Source: Candidatus Latescibacterota bacterium
Lineage (GTDB): Bacteria > Latescibacterota > UBA2968
Assembly: GCA_965205975.1 (NCBI GenBank)
Contig: OZ242195.1
Location: forward strand, 2,368,001-2,432,000
Direction: 5' to 3'
Length of the DNA: 64,000 nt
The position numbers and the translations under genes are program-made. Below the pieces are notes generated by a model. That model searched no databases. It saw only the letters and a program-made list of their open reading frames with translations, and was not told where the DNA came from. Below, piece after piece: positions 20,673 through 30,094 of this stretch (its first letter is position 1; the number at the start of each line of letters is the position of its first letter).

Positions 20673-21830
20673 ATGGAACTCAACATCGGCATGATCGGAT
20701 ATTCATTCATGGGCAAAGCGCACAGCAATGGATTCCGCCAATTGCCTGCATTCTTTCCCGAACTCGGTGTAACACCCGTACTAAAAGTAATCTGTGGACG
20801 CAACCACGACGCCGTAAAAGACGCGGCTGAAACATATCAATGGGAAGAATACGAAACCGACTGGGAAAAAGTCGTCGATCGAGACGACATCGACGTCATC
20901 GACATCTGCACACCTGGCGACCAGCACCTGCCCATGGCACTCGCCGCATTAAAAGCTGGCAAACACGTCATCTGTGAAAAACCCCTCACAAACACCCTCG
21001 CAGAAGCCAGAGAATTATTGGCCGTGGCTGAAAACACCGACAAAAAAACCATGGTTGCATTCAACTACCGCCGCGTACCCGCTGTGGCATTGGCTCAGCA
21101 ATTGATCGCCGAAGGGCGAATTGGAGAAATTTATCACTGGCGCGCCGTGTACTTGCAAGACTGGATCATCGATCCCGACTTCCCACTCGTCTGGCGATTG
21201 GAAAAAGACAAAGCCGGTTCGGGACCGCACGGCGATTTGAACGCGCACATCATCGACCTCGCCCTGCATCTCGTAGGCGACATCGACAGCGTAGTCGGCG
21301 CAGATACCACCTTCATCAAAGAACGCCCGCTGCTCGAAGCCGTTGATGGGGGCCTGGGGGCGCAAGGTGGCGAACAAATGGGCCAGGTGACCGTTGACGA
21401 CGCCACCATGTTTTTGGCCCGGTTCCAAAACGGCGCACTCGGCACCTTTGAAGCCACGCGCTTTGCCGCCGGACGGCGCAACTACAACCATTTTGAAATC
21501 AACGGAAGCAAAGGCAGCATCGCATTCAACCTGCAAAAAATGAACGAATTGCAATTCTATTCGCGCGACGACGAAGATCACATCCAGGGCTTCCGCGAAA
21601 TTATCGTAGGTGAAGGCAGCCAACCCTTTATGGGCGCGTGGTGGCCTCCGGGACATATTATTGGCTGGGAACACACATTCACGCACGAATTCAGAGATTT
21701 CTTTGAAGCGATTGCACAGGATGGAACCTTTTCCCCCGACTTTGCCGAAGGCACCAAGGTACAGGCCGTCCTGGAAGCCGTAGTCGATTCGGCAGCGACA
21801 AGAACCTGGCAGGATGTGCCAAAAATTTGA
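20673..21830 (+). CDS. Gfo/Idh/MocA oxidoreductase (sugar/glycoside dehydrogenase-like)
   Basis: GYSFMGKAHS, CEKP, FNYRRVPA, YLQDW, DLNAH, WWPPGHIIGWEH. Confidence 0.9.
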   Translation: MELNIGMIGYSFMGKAHSNGFRQLPAFFPELGVTPVLKVICGRNHDAVKDAAETYQWEEYETDWEKVVDRDDIDVIDICTPGDQHLPMALAALKAGKHVICEKPLTNTLAEARELLAVAENTDKKTMVAFNYRRVPAVALAQQLIAEGRIGEIYHWRAVYLQDWIIDPDFPLVWRLEKDKAGSGPHGDLNAHIIDLALHLVGDIDSVVGADTTFIKERPLLEAVDGGLGAQGGEQMGQVTVDDATMFLARFQNGALGTFEATRFAAGRRNYNHFEINGSKGSIAFNLQKMNELQFYSRDDEDHIQGFREIIVGEGSQPFMGAWWPPGHIIGWEHTFTHEFRDFFEAIAQDGTFSPDFAEGTKVQAVLEAVVDSAATRTWQDVPKI

Positions 21831-21849
21831 GATAGAACAGGAGTGAAAA

Positions 21850-22848
21850 ATGGCAAGACCAGTTACGTTATTCACCGGACAGTGGGCGGACCTGACACTG
21901 GAAGTCATGTTGCAAAAAGCCAGAGATTTTGGCTATGACGGCGTGGAACTCGCCTGTTGGGGCGACCACATGGACGTGCGCGAAGCCGCATCGAACGACG
22001 GCTATGTACGCGAAAAACAGGAATTGCTCGAACAATACGGCATGCAGTGCTTCGCCATTAGCAATCATCTGGCAGGGCAGGCCGTATGCGACAATATCGA
22101 CGCGCGGCACGAGGCGATTTTGCCGCCCCATGTGTGGGACGATGGCGATCCCGAAGGCGTGCGACAACGCGCCGCCGAAGAGATGATAGCAACAGCCGAA
22201 GCCGCAAAAGCCATGGGCCTGACCGTGGTCAACGGCTTTACCGGATCCTCAATCTGGCATCTGTTGTATTCTTTCCCCCCGGTGTCACCCGATCAGATCG
22301 ACGCGGGATTTAGCGACTTTGCCGATCGCTGGAACCCGATTCTGGATGTCTTTCAAAAGAACGACGTGCGATTCGCACTCGAAGTGCATCCAACGGAAAT
22401 CGCATTTGATATTGCTTCATCTGCCCGGGCATTAGAAGCACTGGAAAACCGACCGGAGTTTGGCTTCAATTACGACCCCAGCCACCTGGTCTATCAAAAT
22501 GTGGATTATGTTGGCTTTATCCGCGAGTTCAGCGACCGGATCTATCACGTCCACATGAAAGATTCTTACCTGTCGCCCAATCCCAAACGAGCGGGTATAT
22601 TTGGCGGGCATACTAATTTCGGCGATCCAGATCGCAGTTGGGATTTCCGCTCGGTGGGTCGCGGCAGCGTGGATTTTGAAGAAATTATTCGCGCATTAAA
22701 CGACATAGGCTACGATGGACCGCTGTCCGTAGAGTGGGAAGATTCGGGTATGGACCGCGAACACGGCGCAACCGAATCCTGCGCCTTTGTCAATGAGATC
22801 GACTTTGAACCCTCAGACGTGGCATTTGACGCGGCGTTTGAAGAATAG
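21850..22848 (+). CDS. Sugar phosphate isomerase/epimerase (IolE/xylose-isomerase-like TIM barrel)
   Basis: [32 protein letters not shown]. Confidence 0.9.
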   Translation: MARPVTLFTGQWADLTLEVMLQKARDFGYDGVELACWGDHMDVREAASNDGYVREKQELLEQYGMQCFAISNHLAGQAVCDNIDARHEAILPPHVWDDGDPEGVRQRAAEEMIATAEAAKAMGLTVVNGFTGSSIWHLLYSFPPVSPDQIDAGFSDFADRWNPILDVFQKNDVRFALEVHPTEIAFDIASSARALEALENRPEFGFNYDPSHLVYQNVDYVGFIREFSDRIYHVHMKDSYLSPNPKRAGIFGGHTNFGDPDRSWDFRSVGRGSVDFEEIIRALNDIGYDGPLSVEWEDSGMDREHGATESCAFVNEIDFEPSDVAFDAAFEE

Positions 22849-22871
22849 CTTTCAGCAATCAACTTTCAGCG

Positions 22872-22930
22872 GTCAGCCCTCCCATCCACCACCCCAACAG
22901 AGCGGAATAGTGAGGGCTGACATTTTTTTT
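22872..22930 (+). terminator. Terminator-like hairpin with long loop
   Basis: GTCAGCCCTC...GAGGGCTGAC followed by ATTTTTTTT. Confidence 0.5.
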
Positions 22931-22941
22931 GGGAATACACA

Positions 22942-24495
22942 ATGGCACGTTATCTATTTCTCGCAATATTGATGTTAATAACCGCTTGCGGACAACAGAC
23001 CGGGCGCACGGTTGTTTTTGGGCGCGGTGGCGATTCGGTCGGACTGGATCCCGCGCTGGAGACAGACGGCGAATCGTTTAAAGTATGCGATAATATTTAC
23101 GAAACACTCGTCGCATTTGTGCCCGAACGCACCGACCTCGCACCCGGATTAGCCACTTCATGGCAGGCATCAGAAGATGGTTTGACCTGGACATTTCAGT
23201 TGCGCGAAAACGTCGTCTTCCACGACGGCACGCCCTTTACCGCCGATGCCGTCGTCTTTTCACTCGCGCGTCAATTCAAACCCGATCACCCTTTCAACAA
23301 AGTAGAAGGCGCGTATCAATACTGGGCAGGCATGTCCATGAGCGATATTGTCAAAGACGTCCGCAAAATAGACGACCTGACTGTATCCATTGACCTGAAA
23401 CGCCCCAACGCACCCTTTCTCGCAAATCTGACGATGAATTTTTGCGCCATCGTCAGTCCTGTTGCCGTCGAAAAATGGGGAGCTGATTTTGCGCGGCATC
23501 CCGTGGGCACAGGGCCGTTTCGATTTGTCGAATGGATCAAAGACGACCGCGTGGTATTAGAACGGAACCCCGATTATTGGGGACCTGCCCCCAAAATTGA
23601 TCGCCTGATTTTTAGAAGCATTCCCGAAAACTCCGTCCGACTAATCGCCCTGACCCAGGGATCTATCGACGGCATGGACAACCTCGTGCCAGACTTCTTA
23701 CCGACAATTGAATCGGACGAAAATCTCGCATTGCTATCTCAACCGGGGATGAACGTGGGCTATCTGGCGATGAACATGGACAAAGAGCCATTCCAGAACC
23801 TCAATGTGCGGCGCGCCATAAACCATGCAATCAACAAACAGGCCCTGATCGACAACCTGTATCAGGGATTGGCCATTCCAGCGGTCAATCCCATTCCGCC
23901 GACGGTCTGGAGCTATCGGCAAGAAACACCCGGCTATGAATACGACCCGGAAAAAGCCCGAACACTCCTATCCGAAGCGGGATTCCCAAACGGATTCAAA
24001 ACCACCCTCTGGGCCATGCCCGTACCGCGTCCCTATATGCCACAACCCCAGAAAATCGCCCAGGCAATCCAGGCCGATCTACAAACAGTGGGCATCGAAG
24101 CTGAAATCGTCACTTATGAATGGGGAACATATCTGGATAAAGTCCAGCGCGGACAGCACGATATGGCATTGCTGGGCTGGACCGGAGACAACGGCGACCC
24201 CGACAACTTCCTCTATATTCTGCTGGACAAAAGCGCGACTCAAATGCCAGCCAATAACATCTCCTTTTACCGCAGCGACCCCTTGCACGACGTGTTGGTG
24301 GCCGCCCAAAAGGAATCCGACAAAGCAAAACGCACAGCCCTGTATCAAAAGGCACAAGAAATCGTCTTTCACGACGCCCCCTGGGTACCTCTCGTACACG
24401 CGACCCAAACAGCGGCATTCCGCACCCGCGTCAAAGGCTTTAAGCTACACCCCACCGGGAGCAAATGGTTTCACGATGTGATGATTGAAGAATAA
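22942..24495 (+). CDS. dppA: Dipeptide/oligopeptide ABC transporter substrate-binding lipoprotein
   Basis: ITAC lipobox, LDP, FHDGTPFTADAV, PVGTGPF, RPYMP, GWTGDNGDPDNF. Confidence 0.9.
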   Translation: MARYLFLAILMLITACGQQTGRTVVFGRGGDSVGLDPALETDGESFKVCDNIYETLVAFVPERTDLAPGLATSWQASEDGLTWTFQLRENVVFHDGTPFTADAVVFSLARQFKPDHPFNKVEGAYQYWAGMSMSDIVKDVRKIDDLTVSIDLKRPNAPFLANLTMNFCAIVSPVAVEKWGADFARHPVGTGPFRFVEWIKDDRVVLERNPDYWGPAPKIDRLIFRSIPENSVRLIALTQGSIDGMDNLVPDFLPTIESDENLALLSQPGMNVGYLAMNMDKEPFQNLNVRRAINHAINKQALIDNLYQGLAIPAVNPIPPTVWSYRQETPGYEYDPEKARTLLSEAGFPNGFKTTLWAMPVPRPYMPQPQKIAQAIQADLQTVGIEAEIVTYEWGTYLDKVQRGQHDMALLGWTGDNGDPDNFLYILLDKSATQMPANNISFYRSDPLHDVLVAAQKESDKAKRTALYQKAQEIVFHDAPWVPLVHATQTAAFRTRVKGFKLHPTGSKWFHDVMIEE

Positions 24496-24711
24496 GTGAT
24501 CAGTGTATCGTACATCATCCGAACCCATCCCGAAGAGAACGACACTCCCGCCGGTGAAAAGCTGACATGGCTAACCGACTATGCCGTAAGATATCGCTAT
24601 CACGGCATAGAGGTCTGCGTGGAAGATCGTTTCGAGTTGCTCGCTGCGGTAAAAGAAACCGTAGAGACCATCATCGCCCGCATTCGGACGCTGAGCAAAA
24701 TGACTGAATAA
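24496..24711 (+). pseudogene. Probable C-terminal fragment of a HEPN-domain protein
   Basis: LTDYAVRYRY followed by an amphipathic helix; no RBS, abuts the dppA stop. Confidence 0.4.
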
Positions 24712-24950
24712 ACGACCACTTCGTATCCGAACAGTCGGTCACCATAGAGCGACATGTTCCCAAGTCGTTCTATGCCAATGAAATATGGTACGCAATACGG
24801 TTTGTTGACACCCTTTTGGATTTGGGCTATATTGCTTGAAAGATCACTTTATTTTTTTAAAATGCGACCTTATAGCACGCGGACATAACAGATTCCACGG
24901 TTTGTAAAGGAAGAAATAATAATAATTTAAATCCAGACCGGAGTTTCACA

Positions 24951-25331
24951 ATGGCAACATTTACTGTTGATGAATTGGTCAAAGCTGCTGAGCAATTGCC
25001 TCAAACAGATTTGGAAAATCTGACAGCGCAGGTACTTACACTCAAGGCAAAACGCGCAGCACCAGAATTGTCGAAAAATGAAGCCGAGTTGCTCCGGAAT
25101 ATCAACCGGGGAATGCCCGATGCGTTACAGAATCGATATCGGGAACTTATTGCTATCAGACGATCAGAAACACTGACCGAATCCGAACATGCCGAATTAC
25201 TTCACCTGACAAATCAGGTTGAAAAACATGAGGCAAAACGGCTGAAATATCTTACCGAACTTGCACGTATTCGAAAAATTTCTCTGACAGAGCTTTTGGA
25301 TGAACTCGGCATTGAGCCAGCCTATACATAA
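24951..25331 (+). CDS. Helical hypothetical protein, putative antitoxin of the downstream HNH nuclease
   Basis: E.ELL..IN.G.P...RY.EL..LT..EH.EL...R...L.ELA pattern; 3 bp from the HNH gene; TTGACA-17-TATATT upstream. Confidence 0.7.
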   Translation: MATFTVDELVKAAEQLPQTDLENLTAQVLTLKAKRAAPELSKNEAELLRNINRGMPDALQNRYRELIAIRRSETLTESEHAELLHLTNQVEKHEAKRLKYLTELARIRKISLTELLDELGIEPAYT

Positions 25332-25334
25332 GCT

Positions 25335-25763
25335 GTGAACACGAGACTGAAACAAGCTGTTATTCATCGTGCTCAAGGATGTTGTGAATACTGTCAGAGC
25401 CAGGCTCGTTTTGCAACCCATCCATTCTCTATTGAGCATATTCATCCGCTTAGCCGAGGTGGCGAAGATACGCTCAATAACTTGGCCTTGGCTTGCCAGG
25501 GATGTAACAACTACAAATACACCAAAGTCGAGGCACCTGATCCCGTCACTGGTCAGCCCGTTCCACTCTTTCACCCAAGACAGCAACTTTGGATAGACCA
25601 TTTTAGATGGGCGGAGGACTTCACCCACATTGTCGGAATTACGCCAACAGGTCGCGCGACTGTAGAGGCTTTACAACTGAACCGTAGAAGTTTGGTAAAC
25701 TTGCGCCGAATCCTATTTGCCGCAGGTGTACACCCACCATCAAATTTTGATCAAAATAGATAA
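25335..25763 (+). CDS. HNH endonuclease (McrA-like Zn-binding)
   Basis: CEYC, IEHIHPLSRGG, NLALACQGCN, LFHPRQQLW.DHF, TPTGRATV. Confidence 0.9.
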   Translation: MNTRLKQAVIHRAQGCCEYCQSQARFATHPFSIEHIHPLSRGGEDTLNNLALACQGCNNYKYTKVEAPDPVTGQPVPLFHPRQQLWIDHFRWAEDFTHIVGITPTGRATVEALQLNRRSLVNLRRILFAAGVHPPSNFDQNR

Positions 25764-25806
25764 ATCTCCATAAACCTCCTTTAAAGATTGCTGCATCGGC
25801 AAACAC

Positions 25807-25844
25807 AAAAAGCCCAACGGCCTCCTCCAAACCGTTGGGCTTTT
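25807..25844. terminator. Bidirectional intrinsic terminator
   Basis: AAAAGCCCAACGG...CCGTTGGGCTTTT perfect stem. Confidence 0.75.
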
Positions 25845-26029
25845 CCTATTAGAGCCTCAATGGAACGGGTCAAATAGACTTGTCTATCGCGCCTGAAATA
25901 TTAAGGTGTGCAGCGTAAAAATAAAACTACATATCAAAAAAATGGAAGGTGGGCGATAAAGGTCGCTTGAATAACTTTTGACACTTCGTTTTTCACACCA
26001 CCGAGAAATCACTTTGTGGTCAGAAATAA

Positions 26030-26071
26030 AAACGGCAGTGGGCAATAACACCCACCGCCGTTTCTTTTTTT
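26030..26071 (+). terminator. Intrinsic terminator-like hairpin
   Basis: AAACGGCAGTGGG...CCCACCGCCGTTT then T-run. Confidence 0.65.
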
Positions 26072-26145
26072 GCGTGCATGCCCAATTGAGTTTGTTGGAA
26101 GTCTTGCGCGAAGATTACTTACGCACCGCTTGGGTAAAAGCTTAT
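26072..26145 (+). repeat. Degenerate copy of the dppB EAA-loop segment 27579-27654
   Basis: Direct alignment; encodes SLLEVLREDYLRTAW versus SLLEVLREDYVRTAW, with two 1-bp gaps. Confidence 0.85.
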
Positions 26146-26214
26146 AAGAGCCAACTTTCTATTGACATTTTATTTTTAAGTGCACACATTATATGTACAC
26201 TTTAAGGAGGAATT

Positions 26215-26460
26215 ATGAAAGCATCTATTCTCGACTTAAGACGACGCATGAAAGATGTCTTGCTCGCACTTGACCGCAACGAATCGGTCACCATTTTCTA
26301 TCGAGGCAAGGAAAAAGCCATCCTCGCTCCCAGCCGACAACGAACAAACAAATCTGTAAAAGATCATGAAGCCTTTGGAATGTGGCGAGACAGAAAAGAT
26401 ATAACAGATGTCGATGCTTACGTCCGCAATCTGAGAAAAGGCCGCTTGAATGATTTTTGA
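26215..26460 (+). CDS. Phd/YefM family antitoxin
   Basis: ASILDLRRRMKDVL..LDRNESVTI..RGKEKA; AAGGAGG RBS; imperfect palindrome upstream at 26176-26204. Confidence 0.8.
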   Translation: MKASILDLRRRMKDVLLALDRNESVTIFYRGKEKAILAPSRQRTNKSVKDHEAFGMWRDRKDITDVDAYVRNLRKGRLNDF

Positions 26461-26827
26461 TACCGATGTTGTGATATGGGTTTTCAGAGGACATGAAGAG
26501 GCTGCAAAACTCGTTGAAAGTATCGATGATCGTCAGATATCGATTGTTACTTATATGGAATTTATCCAGGGTGCGAGAAATCGGCAGGAATTAAAAAAGA
26601 TCAAGAATTTTCTCACTGATCATGCCTTTCAGACTTTACCTCTCACTGAAAATATCGGACACAGAGCGTCTGTATATATGGAAGAATATACCCTTAAGAC
26701 AGCACTGTATATGGCAGATGCCCTGATTGCAGCAACCGCTATTGAACATCATTTAACACTTTGCACAGCCAATAGAAAACACTACCGCGTAATCAACGAA
26801 CTCAATCTAAAAATCTTTCGTCCTTGA
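26450..26827 (+). CDS. vapC: VapC PIN-domain toxin
   Basis: IFDTDV, TYME, ADALIAATA, LCTAN.KHY; overlaps the antitoxin. Confidence 0.9.
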   Translation: MIFDTDVVIWVFRGHEEAAKLVESIDDRQISIVTYMEFIQGARNRQELKKIKNFLTDHAFQTLPLTENIGHRASVYMEEYTLKTALYMADALIAATAIEHHLTLCTANRKHYRVINELNLKIFRP

Positions 26828-26930
26828 CCTCTGGCGACCACCCTTAAACTGCTATCGCATTCATGCTCGTTTTCGGATATTACTTGTGCTTATCCATTGA
26901 GTTTTTACAACTTTTTTTGCATATCTACCC

Positions 26931-27941
26931 ATGCACATCTACATCCTCAAAAGATTACTGGCACTGATCCCTACCCTATTGGGCATCACAGTGCTGGTTT
27001 TTTTTATGGTACATCTCGTACCTGGAGACCCGGCACAGATCATGCTGGGCGAACGGGCAAGTGCCGAAAGTCTGGCAGCCTTGAGACGCGACCTGGGCCT
27101 GGACCAGCCATTGCATATACAATTTGGACGCTATCTATCCGACCTGCTACAAGGCGACCTGGGGCGGTCAATTAAATCGCACGAACGCGTATCCGTCGAA
27201 CTAATGGCGCGTTTCCCCGCCACCATGGAACTCACCTTTGCGAGCATGGTATTCGCCTGCATACTCGGCATTGGCGCAGGTATAGCATCCGCAGTCCGAC
27301 GCGGCACCTGGTGGGATTATATTGGCATGACAGCATCATTAGCAGGAGTCTCAGTGCCCATCTTCTGGTTGGGATTACTGCTCATCCTCGCCCTTGCAGT
27401 CTCCCTACCGCTGTTCCCCGTCTCTGGAAGGCTCAGCTCCCATGTATTTATACCCACACTAACGGGATTTTACCTCATAGACAGCCTGCTCACAGGTGAT
27501 CTTCCGAGTTTTGGGGATGCCCTCTGGCATTTAATCTTGCCGGGCATAACCCTGGGCACCGTGCCCGCCGCTGTTATCGCGCGCATGACCCGGTCGAGCT
27601 TGCTGGAAGTCCTGCGCGAAGATTATGTGCGCACGGCCTGGGCAAAAGGCTTATCTGAACGGGTCGTCATCTTGCGCCATGCACTGAAAAATGCCTTCAT
27701 CCCCGTCTTAACCGTAATCAGCTTGCAATTCGGCTATCTATTGGGCGGCGCTGTCTTGACCGAAAGTATCTTTGCCTGGCCCGGGGTCGGGCGCTGGTTG
27801 CTCCTCTCGGTTTACGCACGCGACTTTCGGGCAATACAAGGAGGCGTGCTAATCGTCGCCACCACCTTTGTGCTCATCAACCTGATCGCAGATCTGTTAT
27901 ACGCCTATCTGGACCCACGGATAAAATACGGTAAGGAATAG
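26931..27941 (+). CDS. dppB: Peptide ABC transporter permease
   Basis: PGDPA, GLDQPL..Q, GDLG.S, ARMTRSSLLEVL.EDYVRTA.AKG, HALKNA. Confidence 0.9.
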   Translation: MHIYILKRLLALIPTLLGITVLVFFMVHLVPGDPAQIMLGERASAESLAALRRDLGLDQPLHIQFGRYLSDLLQGDLGRSIKSHERVSVELMARFPATMELTFASMVFACILGIGAGIASAVRRGTWWDYIGMTASLAGVSVPIFWLGLLLILALAVSLPLFPVSGRLSSHVFIPTLTGFYLIDSLLTGDLPSFGDALWHLILPGITLGTVPAAVIARMTRSSLLEVLREDYVRTAWAKGLSERVVILRHALKNAFIPVLTVISLQFGYLLGGAVLTESIFAWPGVGRWLLLSVYARDFRAIQGGVLIVATTFVLINLIADLLYAYLDPRIKYGKE

Positions 27942-27948
27942 ATGCGCA

Positions 27949-28818
27949 ATGTCACACATTCAAGACACCTTACAAACACCACCGCAAACCACTGCGCTAT
28001 TGATCTGGCAGCGCTTGCGAAAAAACCGTCTCTCCATTGTCGGAAGCGTATTGATCGGCGGCTTTCTACTCCTGGCTTTCGCAGCACCGTTAATAGCCCC
28101 TGCCGATCCCATGGCGCAGGCACTTTACAATCGACTATCGCCTCCAACACTCGAACATCCATTCGGCACAGATGACTTTGGTCGAGACATATTGAGCCGC
28201 GTCATCTATGGCGCGCGGATATCCCTGCGCGTCGGGGTATTCGCCGTACTGATCGCCCTTGTGCTGGGCACCTGTATCGGAGTGGTCGCGGGCTACTGGG
28301 GGGGGTGGATAGATCAAATATTGATGCGACTGATGGATCTACTACTCGCCTTTCCGAGCATATTGCTCGCAATCGGCATCGTAGCTATTTTGGGACCCGG
28401 CTTGGAAAACGCGATGTTGGCCGTCGGCATCGTGGCTATGCCGCAATATGCGCGCCTGATTCGCGCGTCCGTCTTAACCGTGCGAGAAACCGATTATGTC
28501 ATGGCCGCACGCGCCCTGGGGGCATCGGATTCGCGCATACTATGTGTGGCCGTCTTGCCCAATTGTCTCGCCCCATTGATCGTCCAGGCGACATTGGGAT
28601 TGGCAACCGCGATCCTCGACGCTGCAGGACTGAGCTTTCTCGGCCTGGGCGCACAACCCCCAACGCCCGAATGGGGGGCGATGCTGAGCCAGGGACGCGA
28701 ACTGATTGTGCGCGCACCCTGGGTACTCACCTTTCCCGGTGGGGCAATCTTTTTCACAGTACTGGCATTTAATCTGGTCGGCGATGGTCTGCGAGACGCG
28801 CTGGATCCAAAGGCTTAA
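27949..28818 (+). CDS. dppC: Peptide ABC transporter permease
   Basis: HPFGTDDFGRD, AAGLSFLGLG, PEWG, GDGLRDALDP. Confidence 0.9.
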   Translation: MSHIQDTLQTPPQTTALLIWQRLRKNRLSIVGSVLIGGFLLLAFAAPLIAPADPMAQALYNRLSPPTLEHPFGTDDFGRDILSRVIYGARISLRVGVFAVLIALVLGTCIGVVAGYWGGWIDQILMRLMDLLLAFPSILLAIGIVAILGPGLENAMLAVGIVAMPQYARLIRASVLTVRETDYVMAARALGASDSRILCVAVLPNCLAPLIVQATLGLATAILDAAGLSFLGLGAQPPTPEWGAMLSQGRELIVRAPWVLTFPGGAIFFTVLAFNLVGDGLRDALDPKA

Positions 28819-30050
28819 TTCAACTCTGCCATCGGGCCGAGTGCGACAAGCGCGGGATCCGCATCGAGGGGATATTGATCGAGATAATCGGCAATGCGTT
28901 CTGGCGTAACAGCATCGATCTCCGCACGTTCTTCCTCGAGCGTTTTGAGCGGCGTATCAGTACTCAGACTACCCACAATTTGAGAAAAGCGAGAAAGACC
29001 GTTTTCCCCGCTGCAAACAATACCAGTAGCCTGTTTGGTCTTGGCGCGTTGGAGCGCATCACTATCAATACCGTTCTTTAAATCCGCCATTTCGCGCCGC
29101 ACAATATCGAGAACCTGAGACGCATTTTGCGGATCCACGGACAGATAAACATAAAAAAGCCCCGCATCGCTAAAATTGATATACTCTGCCGACGCTTCAT
29201 CAGCCAGACCCTCTTGAATAATAGACCAGTAGAGCCGGCTATTGGTCGATGCCCCCAAATAAGCAGAAAGTAGATCTGCAGTAGCGGCATGATCATCGGA
29301 AGATGGCGGCGCGGGAAGCGCGAGCGCGATATGTTCGCGCGCCACACCATCGCGTTGTACAACGCGGTTTGCAGCGTGAAAAGTCGGAATAGATTGCTTC
29401 CGACCATTATCTGACATCTGCCAGTCTCCGCAATGTGCGTCAACAGCGCGAATAATCTCATCGCGATCAAACGCACCTGTAATGGCAAACGTGAGGTTAT
29501 TGGGACCATAGCGTCGCTGATGATATTCTGCCATCAAATCGCGGGTAATAGACTTCACCGTATCCTCTGTACCCAGCACACTCTGTCCCAGGGGATGAGC
29601 ACCAAAAGCCTCTTGAATGAGATCGTCAATAATAAGCGCATCGGGCTGGTCGTGATACATCGCAATCTCTTCGAGAATAACCTTCTTTTCCATATCAAAC
29701 TCATCCGATGGCAAATTGGAGCGCATCATATCGCTGAGAATCTCGATAGAATCCGTTGCCCGATCACTTTGCACCCAGTGAAAATAGGCCGTGCCCTCCC
29801 ACCATGTGTAGGCATTCCACATAGCGCCCAGATCATCGACATCGAGCGAAAGTTGCCGCCAGTCGCGCCTGGGCGTCCCCTTGAAACACATGTGTTCGAG
29901 AAAATGTGAAATCCCCAAAAGGTCTGGCGCTTCATCGCGCGATCCCGTCTGCACAAAAAAACCCAGCGCGGACGAACGAATGCGCGGAATCGTTTCAAAA
30001 ACAAGCGAGAGACCATTATCGAGGGTATGCGTGGAAAACGGTGAAGACAT
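28815..30050 (-). CDS. M16B metallopeptidase, catalytic subunit
   Basis: GSRDE....GISHFLEH (HxxEH), EKKVILEE. Confidence 0.9.
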   Translation of the reverse strand: MSSPFSTHTLDNGLSLVFETIPRIRSSALGFFVQTGSRDEAPDLLGISHFLEHMCFKGTPRRDWRQLSLDVDDLGAMWNAYTWWEGTAYFHWVQSDRATDSIEILSDMMRSNLPSDEFDMEKKVILEEIAMYHDQPDALIIDDLIQEAFGAHPLGQSVLGTEDTVKSITRDLMAEYHQRRYGPNNLTFAITGAFDRDEIIRAVDAHCGDWQMSDNGRKQSIPTFHAANRVVQRDGVAREHIALALPAPPSSDDHAATADLLSAYLGASTNSRLYWSIIQEGLADEASAEYINFSDAGLFYVYLSVDPQNASQVLDIVRREMADLKNGIDSDALQRAKTKQATGIVCSGENGLSRFSQIVGSLSTDTPLKTLEEERAEIDAVTPERIADYLDQYPLDADPALVALGPMAELN

Positions 30051-30094
30051 GGGTTGCTCCTGAAAAAAATAGTGAAACGTAAAACGCTGATAGC

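Noticed and set aside
25807..25915. Assignment of the minus-strand leader to TPP, PyrR, ykkC or purine riboswitch classes
   Set aside because: Only scattered short matches; core conserved blocks are missing
25978..26205. 75-aa ORF containing LLEVLREDY
   Set aside because: TTG start without RBS, runs through a terminator; only the decayed dppB fragment is meaningful
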